Source: Longibaculum muris (lineage in GTDB: Bacteria; Bacillota_I; Bacilli_A; Erysipelotrichales; Coprobacillaceae). From it: 24,000 bases of DNA. The stretch's first letter is position 1; every line of letters begins with the position of its first letter. Below the pieces are notes generated by a model. That model saw only the letters and a program-made list of their open reading frames with translations, was not told the DNA's origin and ran no database searches. Both the position numbers and the translations under genes were made by a program. Positions 1 to 7,463 of this stretch are shown piece after piece. The stretch spans positions 19,833 to 43,832 of the forward strand of contig NZ_SMCQ01000019.1 in NCBI RefSeq assembly GCF_004343035.1. The letters run 5' to 3'.

Positions 1-1862
1 TTTAAGTCTTTTTTCTTTAAAGGTTGATAATGAATGACTTCATCAATCCGATTTAAAAATTCTTGAGAAAATGATTCTTTTAATGTATTTTTAGACATCA
101 TTGCTTTTTTAAAACCAACTATGGATTGACTATTGGACATTACATTTGATGTCATAATAATGATTGTATCCTTAAAAGATATTTTATGATGATGATTATC
201 TTTTAATAAGCCTTCATCAAAAACTTGTAGGAAAAGATGCATGACTTGGGGATGCGCCTTTTCTATTTCATCTAATAAAAGAATACTATTAGGATATAGG
301 ATAAGATCATGAAGCAATGAAGATTGATCATCATAACCAATATAGCCAGGTGGAGATCCAATAATTTTAGAAACACTGGCTGGTTCACTATATTCCGACA
401 TATCTAACTTTACAAAATGACGATGAAGTAAACGAGCTAATTCTCTAGCTGTTTGGGTTTTCCCTATTCCACTACTTCCTACTAATAAGTAAATGCCTTT
501 AGGCTTGGTTGGATGGGGATATTTGGCAAGTGATTCTAATGATTCAACAAGTGTTTCAATTGCTTGATCTTGTCCTTTAATCACATTTTGCAATTGTGCT
601 TGTAAATGTTGATAAGATAATTTAGTTAGTGTCATTCCTGTTATTTCTTCAATAACACATTCAATATGTTCTCTTTGTAACTCATTTTGTTTTAAAAATA
701 CGGCTTTAACACAAGCTAGATCTAAGACATCAATAGCTTTATCAGGGAAAACACGAGATATCAGATAGTCATCACATAAGTCAATGACATCATCGATGCA
801 TTGTTGAGAAATCTGGATATGATGATAATCAACATACTGTTGTTTTAATCCTTGTAAGATAGCTCTCGTTTCTTCTTTGGTATTCTCATTTAATTTAATG
901 ACTGCAAAACGACGATTCATAGCTTGATCTTTTTCAAAATACTTATAATATTCTTCTATTGTTGTGGCACCAATAATGGTTAAATCTCGTCTTGCTAGAT
1001 AAGGTTTTAAAATATTAGAAGCATCAATAGCTCCCTCTGCTCCACCAGCCCCTATTAAATTATGAATTTCATCAATAAATAATATTGCATCCTTAGCTAA
1101 AATAACCTTATCAATAATCTTCTTAAACTTTTCTTCAAATTCACCACGATACTTTGTCCCAGCTACAATACTAGAAAGACTTAATTCATAAATCACTTTA
1201 TTTTTCAAGGAATCTGGAACTTCATGATTATTAATCTTAATAGCTAATTTCTCAACTAAAGCGGTCTTTCCTACTCCTGCTTTACCAATTAATAAAGCAT
1301 TGTTTTTCTCTTTTTTACAAAGAGTTAAAAAGAGTTGTTCTAACTCCTTGTCTCTACCTATCATTTGTCTTTCTTGTTTTTTTACTAATTGATTAAAGTT
1401 TGTTAATTCATGAATTAAATCTAATTCATGTAAAAGGGATTTTTCTTCACTTAATTCCTTTTTGACTTCATCAAAAGGAACATGATATTTATTAAGTAAT
1501 TCAACGGCAACACTTTCTTTTTGCATCAGCATAGCAATACATAATGTATTTAAAGAAACTTTACTTTCTTTTTTCACTGTACTCATACTCATCGCATCTT
1601 CTAAAATCTTTTTGACGACTTCACTATACTCCATATAAAAAGGTTGTATATCTTTTTCACCAAACAACCTAACAATATCATCATAGATCATTTCATCAGT
1701 AACTTGATAGACTTTCAATATCTTTGAAAATGGGCAATCTTTCATTTTCAAAAGAGACAAAAGAAGATGTTCACTTCCAACACTACTATGTCCTAAATCA
1801 AAAGCAATACTTTCAGCAATCACAATTGCTTTCTGTGCTTTTTCATGAAATTGTGTGAGCAT
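1..1862 (-). CDS. Clp/Hsp100 AAA+ ATPase (ClpC/ClpA-like), 3' end truncated by window edge
   Basis: Manual reverse-strand translation from CAT at 1860-1862: MLTQFHEKAQKAIVIAESIAFDLGHSSVGSEHLLLSLLK (Clp N domain); D1 Walker A GKAGVGKT, pore KYRGEFEE, Walker B AILFIDEIHNLIGAG; D2 Walker A GSSGIGKT, pore GYIGYDD, Walker B ILLLDEIEKAHPQV. SD-like AGAGGTG upstream. Not in the supplied ORF track, probably because it has no stop in the window. Confidence 0.93.
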   Translation of the reverse strand, partial: MLTQFHEKAQKAIVIAESIAFDLGHSSVGSEHLLLSLLKMKDCPFSKILKVYQVTDEMIYDDIVRLFGEKDIQPFYMEYSEVVKKILEDAMSMSTVKKESKVSLNTLCIAMLMQKESVAVELLNKYHVPFDEVKKELSEEKSLLHELDLIHELTNFNQLVKKQERQMIGRDKELEQLFLTLCKKEKNNALLIGKAGVGKTALVEKLAIKINNHEVPDSLKNKVIYELSLSSIVAGTKYRGEFEEKFKKIIDKVILAKDAILFIDEIHNLIGAGGAEGAIDASNILKPYLARRDLTIIGATTIEEYYKYFEKDQAMNRRFAVIKLNENTKEETRAILQGLKQQYVDYHHIQISQQCIDDVIDLCDDYLISRVFPDKAIDVLDLACVKAVFLKQNELQREHIECVIEEITGMTLTKLSYQHLQAQLQNVIKGQDQAIETLVESLESLAKYPHPTKPKGIYLLVGSSGIGKTQTARELARLLHRHFVKLDMSEYSEPASVSKIIGSPPGYIGYDDQSSLLHDLILYPNSILLLDEIEKAHPQVMHLFLQVFDEGLLKDNHHHKISFKDTIIIMTSNVMSNSQSIVGFKKAMMSKNTLKESFSQEFLNRIDEVIHYQPLKKKDL

Positions 1863-2163
1863 ACTACACCTCTTTTCCTTTCTATCATATGAACTCTATT
1901 TGAAATTATTAACCATTTCCATCTATTTAATCAAATTATTCAAGAACCCAAGATAAAAAAATAAATCAAATATATTTTTTTATTTTTTTGTTAATTTTTT
2001 CCCCACTTTTATAAAAAATATGTCATAATATATATGTCAGGAAGATATATTTTAGCAGTTCAATAAAATATTAGTTTTTTGTTCTTTTAACATTAAATAG
2101 CGCGAGCTTTCCAATTTCCCAATTAAATATGTTAAAAGAATTTGAGACTCCTTTCTGAAAAGA

Positions 2164-2192
2164 AAAATCACCAATAACTCGGTGATTTTTTT
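2164..2192. terminator. bidirectional intrinsic terminator
   Basis: AAATCACC-AATAACTC-GGTGATTT stem-loop with TTTTTTT on the + side and TTTTTCTTTT on the - side. Confidence 0.75.
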
Positions 2193-2907
2193 ATTGCTTA
2201 ATATTTTCTTTAAATTGTCCATAGACAATATAACGATTATCTGTTCCATTATAACAAGTACTTAACATAATAAATGGTTTTTGTTTTTCACTTATTGGAG
2301 ATTGAACAGAGGCAATCTTTTGAATCTCTTTTACATATTTAGGATAATCAATGCCTTTTTGATACATTGAACTTGTTGATTTAATAACAGCTGATGCCAC
2401 GGCATCATAAACATTCACACTACCATCAGGTAAATAAATATATATAGTTGAATGCTTTTTATAATAATCTTCTTTGACAAAATATCTTAAGTCATGAAAA
2501 CGAGATCCGTTTTTCATATTATGACCATAAATAATAGTATTATCATCACTAAAATCTTTCTTATTTATTTCATCTATAAAGACTGAACCAGCTTTATTTT
2601 TTTTCTTATATATATCTGTATAAAGATATGTATCATTTGTTTTTCCTTTAAGGATGGGTTCATCAATTTTTGTATCTGGTATATATAACCAACCAATAAC
2701 ATCTGGATTTGTTGCTTGTAATGCTTTAAAATTAACTGCTCTTTGAATTGGATTTTCTTCCTTTTCTACAACATATTCATCAATCAAATTTTCAGATTCT
2801 TTTTCAATAGAATAATATTCATAGAAAATCTTTCCTAATTGAAAAGCCGAATAAGCAAAAACACAGACACAAATAACAAGAATAACTTTTCTTATTTTAT
2901 CTTTCAT
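2191..2907 (-). CDS. class B sortase
   Basis: N-terminal TM; IGWLYIPDTKIDEPILKG, KAGSVFIDEINKKDFSDDNTIIYGHNMKNGSRFHDL; catalytic His in GHNM, Cys in LSTC and Arg in NRYIVYG. Confidence 0.9.
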   Translation of the reverse strand: MKDKIRKVILVICVCVFAYSAFQLGKIFYEYYSIEKESENLIDEYVVEKEENPIQRAVNFKALQATNPDVIGWLYIPDTKIDEPILKGKTNDTYLYTDIYKKKNKAGSVFIDEINKKDFSDDNTIIYGHNMKNGSRFHDLRYFVKEDYYKKHSTIYIYLPDGSVNVYDAVASAVIKSTSSMYQKGIDYPKYVKEIQKIASVQSPISEKQKPFIMLSTCYNGTDNRYIVYGQFKENIKQ

Positions 2908-4007
2908 TAAACATTAAACTTAAAGAACATGATGTCTCCATCTTGCCCTACATATTGTTTCCCTTCTTGACGAATCTTACCTGCATCTCTTAAAGCATGT
3001 TCACTCTTAAATTCCATTAAATCATCATAGCTATATGTTTCAGCCTTAATAAATCCTTTTTGGAAATCAGTATGAATAATTCCTGCCATTTCTGGAGCTA
3101 ACATACCTTTTTTAAAAGTCCAAGCACGAACTTCATCCGCTCCAACAGTAAAGAAAGTATTAAGTCCAAGTAAAGCATAAGCTTCTTTGATTAATTTATC
3201 CAAACCACTTTCATCAATACCTAAATCTTGCATAAACATAGCTTTTTCTTCTTTATCTAATCCAACTAATTCACTTTCAATCTTAGCACAAATAGGAACA
3301 ACATCGCATCCTTCTTTTGTCGCATAATCTTTTAACTGTACATAATAAGGATTACTATCAGGATTTTCTAAATCTTCTTCACCTAAATTTGCTACATAGA
3401 TAAGTGGTTTCATTGTTAATAAAGTATATTGTTTAACAATATCAATATCTTCTTTAGAAAAATTCATTGTTCTAGCTGGTTTCCCTGCATCTAAGATTTC
3501 TTTTAAAGGTTCTAAAACCGCCATTTCAGCTTTAGCTTCTTTATCACCAGATTTAGCTTTCTTTTCAATCTTTGCAATTCTCTTTTCAACTGTTTCAAGA
3601 TCGGCAAAAATTAATTCTAGATTAATTGTTTCCACATCTCTAATTGGATCAACATCTCCATCAACATGTGTAATGTCTTTGTCTCTAAAACAACGAACAA
3701 CTTCACATATTGCATCAGTTTCACGAATATTTGCTAAGAATTTATTTCCTAAACCTTCACCACGTGAAGCTCCTTTAACCAAACCAGCAATATCAGTAAA
3801 TTCAAATGTTGTAGGAATTGTTTTTTTAGGATTAAAAATTCTTGTTAATTCATCTAAACGATGATCAGGAACTTCCACCACTCCGACGTTTGGATCAATA
3901 GTTGCAAATGGATAGTTTGCTGCTTCCACTTGCGCATTTGTAATTGCATTAAATAATGTAGACTTCCCAACATTTGGTAGTCCTACGATACCGGCTGTTA
4001 ATGCCAT
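2907..4007 (-). CDS. ychF: redox-regulated ATPase / OBG-family GTPase YchF
   Basis: MALTAGIVGLPNVGKSTLFNAITNAQVEAANYPFATIDPNVGVV, DIAGLVKGASRGEGLGNKFLANIRETDAI; full-length 366 aa. Confidence 0.98.
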   Translation of the reverse strand: MALTAGIVGLPNVGKSTLFNAITNAQVEAANYPFATIDPNVGVVEVPDHRLDELTRIFNPKKTIPTTFEFTDIAGLVKGASRGEGLGNKFLANIRETDAICEVVRCFRDKDITHVDGDVDPIRDVETINLELIFADLETVEKRIAKIEKKAKSGDKEAKAEMAVLEPLKEILDAGKPARTMNFSKEDIDIVKQYTLLTMKPLIYVANLGEEDLENPDSNPYYVQLKDYATKEGCDVVPICAKIESELVGLDKEEKAMFMQDLGIDESGLDKLIKEAYALLGLNTFFTVGADEVRAWTFKKGMLAPEMAGIIHTDFQKGFIKAETYSYDDLMEFKSEHALRDAGKIRQEGKQYVGQDGDIMFFKFNV

Positions 4008-4034
4008 AAATTATCACTCCTTAACTTCCTATAC

Positions 4035-4063
4035 ATTTTATCTAAAAACATGCTAAAATACAA
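4035..4063 (-). promoter_or_regulatory. sigmaA-type promoter for ychF-sortase
   Basis: On - strand TTGTAT-17 nt-TAAAAT. Confidence 0.55.
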
Positions 4064-4074
4064 GTTATTTCTAT

Positions 4075-4103
4075 TTGTCTTAAAGGATTGTTTTGGTTAT
4101 AAT
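4075..4103 (+). promoter_or_regulatory. sigmaA-type promoter for PAP2 gene
   Basis: TTGTCT-17 nt-TATAAT. Confidence 0.65.
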
Positions 4104-4123
4104 AGAAGCGAAAGGGTGATCAT

Positions 4124-4597
4124 ATGGAACAATTTTATCAAACAACATTGGATTATATCAGAAAACATCCTCAATTAAAAAAATCAGTCATCTTTATGAC
4201 TCAATATTTCCCATATATCACTTTTTGTCTTTATCCTTGTGTCCTTGTTTATCTCTATTTAAACAAGAGTCCTTATTTGAGCGCTGCAATCTATAAACCA
4301 TTAGGGGCTTTTCTTTTTGTGACCATTTTTAGAAAGCTCATAAATCGTCCACGTCCTTATGACTGCATGAATATTGAACCATTGGTTGGTCACAAACATG
4401 GTGAATCTTTTCCAAGTCGTCATACCTTAAGTGCTTTTATTATTGCTTTGATTTGTTTTTATGCCAATATATATGTTGGCATATTTGCTTTGATTGTGGC
4501 AATGATATTAAGTGGATGTCGTATTCTTGCTGGAGTTCATTTTATAAGTGATGTTTTGGCAGGAATTGTCATTGCGATTGTTTTTTTCATTATTTAA
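4124..4597 (+). CDS. PAP2-family phosphatase / undecaprenyl-PP phosphatase-like membrane protein
   Basis: KLINRPRP...SFPSRHTLSAF...CRILAGVHFISDVLAGIVIA matches the three PAP2 phosphatase motifs. Confidence 0.92.
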   Translation: MEQFYQTTLDYIRKHPQLKKSVIFMTQYFPYITFCLYPCVLVYLYLNKSPYLSAAIYKPLGAFLFVTIFRKLINRPRPYDCMNIEPLVGHKHGESFPSRHTLSAFIIALICFYANIYVGIFALIVAMILSGCRILAGVHFISDVLAGIVIAIVFFII

Positions 4598-4619
4598 TTC
4601 AAATTTTTTAATTATTTGA

Positions 4620-4647
4620 TTGACAAAGTTTATTTTTATATTATACT
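4620..4647 (+). promoter_or_regulatory. sigmaA-type promoter of marR-degV
   Basis: TTGACA (4620-4625), 16-nt spacer, TATACT (4642-4647). Confidence 0.75.
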
Positions 4648-4648
4648 G

Positions 4649-4668
4649 TACTTAAAATATTTTAAGTA
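4649..4668. promoter_or_regulatory. perfect 20-bp palindrome, candidate MarR-family operator
   Basis: TACTTAAAAT|ATTTTAAGTA directly downstream of the -10. Confidence 0.65.
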
Positions 4669-4687
4669 TCATCAAAGGAGGTGCAAT

Positions 4688-5116
4688 ATGTTAAGTAAAG
4701 AATTCCAATCTGTCTATAACATCTTTAAGATGAACTTCTATGCTTCAATGTGTGCTAATTCAAAAGAATTAACTATGCAGGAAGCATTTAGTTTGGATAT
4801 CATTTATATGTTAGGTCATCCTACAATATTAGAATATGCGAAATATATGGGGATTTCTCAACCCAATGCAACATATAAAATCAATCAATTGATTGAAAAA
4901 GGATATTTGATTAAAGAAGTAAGTAAGGAAGATAAAAGATCTTATCGTTTACAAGTCACAAAGAAGTTTTTAGCTTTTTATCGTGATAATGATCGTTTTA
5001 TAAAAAAAGTCCTTGGTGATATTGAAAATATTTTTACGTCTGATGAAGTAAAATTACTAGAAAAAATGTTACAAACAATTAAAGTGGAAATGACACAAGG
5101 AGAAAAAAATGATTAA
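4688..5116 (+). CDS. MarR-family transcriptional regulator
   Basis: wHTH: LGHPTILEYAKYMGISQPNATYKINQLIEKGYLIKEVSKEDKRSYRLQVT. ORF track starts at 4616, but AAAGGAGGTGCAAT precedes ATG 4688, and 4616 lies upstream of the promoter. Confidence 0.88.
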   Translation: MLSKEFQSVYNIFKMNFYASMCANSKELTMQEAFSLDIIYMLGHPTILEYAKYMGISQPNATYKINQLIEKGYLIKEVSKEDKRSYRLQVTKKFLAFYRDNDRFIKKVLGDIENIFTSDEVKLLEKMLQTIKVEMTQGEKND

Positions 5117-5954
5117 GATTTTAACAGATTCTACATCTGATATTGATTTAAACCAAGCTAAAGAATTAGGAATAGACATTATTCCATTGAAAGTCATTAT
5201 TAATGGTCAAGAATATAAAGACCGTATTGATTTACAACCCGATGAATTTTATCATCTTTTAACAACAAGTACGACTTTACCAACCACATCTCAACCATCC
5301 CCACAAGACTTCTTAACTCACTATGAGGAAGCTAAAAAACATGGGGATAGTGTTATTGTAATGACGCTATCAAGTGTTATTAGTGGAACTTATCAAAGTG
5401 CCAATATTGCGGCTGGGATTGCAAAATATGATGATATTTATGTTATTGATAGTTTAGCAACGACTCAAATGTTAAGATTACTTGTTTTAAAAGCTGTTAC
5501 TTTACGTGATCAAAATATGGATGTTAAAGATATTGTCAAAACTTTAGAAGAATATAAACATCGTATTCGTATTTATGCTTTTGTTGATACTTTAGAATAT
5601 TTATATAAAGGTGGACGTTTATCTAAGACAGCCGCTACTGCAGGAACATTGCTTAAATTTAAGCCAATTATTGGATTAAAAGATGGAAAATTAGAAATGT
5701 TTGCTAAGGCAAGAGGAACACAAAAAGCAACTGCTAAAATTATTGACTTGATTCATGAAGATGGAGACATTGATTTTGATGAACCTATCTGTGTTGGATT
5801 TACTGGTAATGATGATGGTTTAGATAAATTTGAACAAATTCTAAGAGATGAATTTGGTTTTGGAGAAGTTCTTCATGGTTGTGTTGGTCCAGTTATTGGG
5901 ACACATGCTGGTCCAGGTGCACGTTTAATAAGTTATGTCAGAAAGGAAATTTAG
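5109..5954 (+). CDS. DegV family protein (fatty-acid-binding FakB-like)
   Basis: MIKILTDSTSDIDLNQAKELGIDIIPLKVIINGQEYKD, TSQPSPQDF, SLATTQMLRLLVL, YLYKGGRLSKTAA, GPVIGTHAGPGA; starts 8 nt before the marR stop. Confidence 0.95.
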   Translation: MIKILTDSTSDIDLNQAKELGIDIIPLKVIINGQEYKDRIDLQPDEFYHLLTTSTTLPTTSQPSPQDFLTHYEEAKKHGDSVIVMTLSSVISGTYQSANIAAGIAKYDDIYVIDSLATTQMLRLLVLKAVTLRDQNMDVKDIVKTLEEYKHRIRIYAFVDTLEYLYKGGRLSKTAATAGTLLKFKPIIGLKDGKLEMFAKARGTQKATAKIIDLIHEDGDIDFDEPICVGFTGNDDGLDKFEQILRDEFGFGEVLHGCVGPVIGTHAGPGARLISYVRKEI

Positions 5955-5970
5955 TTTCCTTTTTTTATTT
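5942..5970 (+). terminator. intrinsic terminator of marR-degV overlapping the degV stop codon
   Basis: AAAGGAAA-TTTAG-TTTCCTTT followed by T-rich tract. Confidence 0.7.
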
Positions 5971-5973
5971 TCA

Positions 5974-6005
5974 TTTTGTAAAAAAAGCGAATATTTTTTA
6001 CAAAA
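5974..6005. promoter_or_regulatory. 12-bp-arm inverted repeat upstream of AEC transporter gene
   Basis: TTTTGTAAAAAA-8 nt-TTTTTTACAAAA, just upstream of extended -10 TGATATGAT (6008-6016). Confidence 0.5.
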
Positions 6006-6036
6006 TTTGATATGATGTAAAACCGAGGTGGAATAT

Positions 6037-6948
6037 ATGTTAGATATTTTAATTAAAGCTTTTGGATTTATACTTATTATTGTGATTGGATTTTTATTAA
6101 AATCAAAGGGAATATGTAAAAGAGAACATGGACAATTTTTATCAACGATCATTATGAATATTACATTACCTTGTGCACTTTTATCTTCAATTAATAATTT
6201 AAAGATTACTCCTGTTTTATTGATTGCTTTAATCATTGGATTCATGGGTAATGTTATTACGAATATCATTGGTTATCTTTCATCAAATCATGAATCACCT
6301 ATGAATAAAGCTCTATCAATGATTAATACTTCGGGATATAATATTGGAACATTTACTTTACCCTTTGTCCAAACATTCTTTCCAGCAAGTGCAATTGCTT
6401 ATGTTTGTCTCTTTGATACTGGTAATGCTTTAATGTGTTTAGGAGGAACATTTACAGCCGCAAGTACTGTTGTTTCTTCTGATCAAAAACCCACTTTTTA
6501 TAGTATTATTAAGAAATTATTTTCTTCTATTCCTTTTTGTACATATATTGTTTTATTCTTTTTATCTTTATTTCATATTTCAATTCCAACCCAAGTTTTA
6601 ACGATTACCAGTATTGCGGGAAATGCCAATGCATTCTTAGCTATGTTAATGATTGGTATTCTTTTAGAAGTGAAACTTGATTTTTCACAAATGAAAACAA
6701 TCTTAAAAATTCTTATCAATCGTTATACAATTTCAATTATTCTTTCATTGATTGTTTATTTTCTTTTACCTTTAGATAACATTGTTAGAAAAATGATTGT
6801 TTTATGTTTATTTGCTCCTATTTCAGCAGTTGCTCCTGTTTTTTCAACAAAACTTGGAAGTCATTCACCAGTTCCAGCAGCTGTTAATTCATTAAGTATT
6901 ATGATAAGTATTCTTATTTTAACTTGTTTAATTGTTATTTTTGCTTAA
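6037..6948 (+). CDS. AEC (auxin efflux carrier) family transporter
   Basis: Multi-TM; VIIGFLLKSKGICKREHGQFLSTIIMNITLPCALLSSI. GAGGTGG SD then ATG at 6037; the track start 6028 (GTG) lies inside the SD. Confidence 0.88.
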   Translation: MLDILIKAFGFILIIVIGFLLKSKGICKREHGQFLSTIIMNITLPCALLSSINNLKITPVLLIALIIGFMGNVITNIIGYLSSNHESPMNKALSMINTSGYNIGTFTLPFVQTFFPASAIAYVCLFDTGNALMCLGGTFTAASTVVSSDQKPTFYSIIKKLFSSIPFCTYIVLFFLSLFHISIPTQVLTITSIAGNANAFLAMLMIGILLEVKLDFSQMKTILKILINRYTISIILSLIVYFLLPLDNIVRKMIVLCLFAPISAVAPVFSTKLGSHSPVPAAVNSLSIMISILILTCLIVIFA

Positions 6949-6962
6949 TAGATTATATATTT

Positions 6963-6991
6963 AAAAATGAGATAGGGACTATCTCATTTTT
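6963..6991. terminator. bidirectional terminator between convergent genes
   Basis: AAAAATGAGATAG-GGA-CTATCTCATTTTT, 13-bp perfect stem. Confidence 0.88.
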
Positions 6992-7463
6992 GATATTTCA
7001 TATGTCTAATATACCATTCTTTTAATAACGTATTTAACATATCATTTAATTGGATTTGTTCTTCAGTTGATAACATATCAAACATATCTTCATCATTTGT
7101 TTTTTTATTGGTTATTTTCTCATAACCTTTTTTTGTAAGAGAAATAATGTATCTTCGTTTATCACGTTCATCTTTATAACGCTTTATATATTCTCTTTGT
7201 TCAAGCTTGGCAATAATTTCACTCATTGAACCAGCTTCTATATCAAGAATTTCTTGTAATTCTCGTTGGGATATTTCTTTATGTTTTAATAGAATTTCTA
7301 ATATGTTCTCTTGACTTCTTTTTTTACCTGTTTTATGGGTTAAGATATGTCCACATTTAATGAGTTTATTGGTTAAATCTTGTTGAAAATATTTTTGTCC
7401 TTTTTCACATTGTAAGTTAGATAATAAACAGTTTTTTGAACATATTGGACATTGATTATTCAT
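6984..7463 (-). CDS. MarR-family regulator with N-terminal Cys cluster
   Basis: wHTH ISQRELQEILDIEAGSMSEIIAKLEQREYIKRYKDERDKRRYIISLTKKG; N-terminal MNNQCPICSKNCLLSNLQCEKG. Confidence 0.85.
   Translation of the reverse strand: MNNQCPICSKNCLLSNLQCEKGQKYFQQDLTNKLIKCGHILTHKTGKKRSQENILEILLKHKEISQRELQEILDIEAGSMSEIIAKLEQREYIKRYKDERDKRRYIISLTKKGYEKITNKKTNDEDMFDMLSTEEQIQLNDMLNTLLKEWYIRHMKYQK

Noticed and set aside
2034-2066. MSGRYILAVQ* on + strand, superficially like the start of a sugar kinase (YILAxDQG)
   Set aside because: Only about 7 residues of resemblance, no SD, no downstream remnant in any frame; not enough for a pseudogene call.
2052-2249. 65-aa ORF on - strand
   Set aside because: Spans the terminator and overlaps the sortase 3' end out of frame; AT-driven composition, no SD.
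3673-3864. 63-aa + strand ORF
   Set aside because: Antisense within ychF; no SD or promoter, low-complexity translation.
4616-4687. Extended N-terminus of the MarR ORF (MIDKVYFYIILYLKYFKYHQRRCN...)
   Set aside because: These codons cover the promoter and palindrome; the real start with SD is 4688.
5925-6269. 114-aa - strand ORF
   Set aside because: Lies antisense to the AEC gene start and across its promoter and the degV terminator; no recognisable domain.
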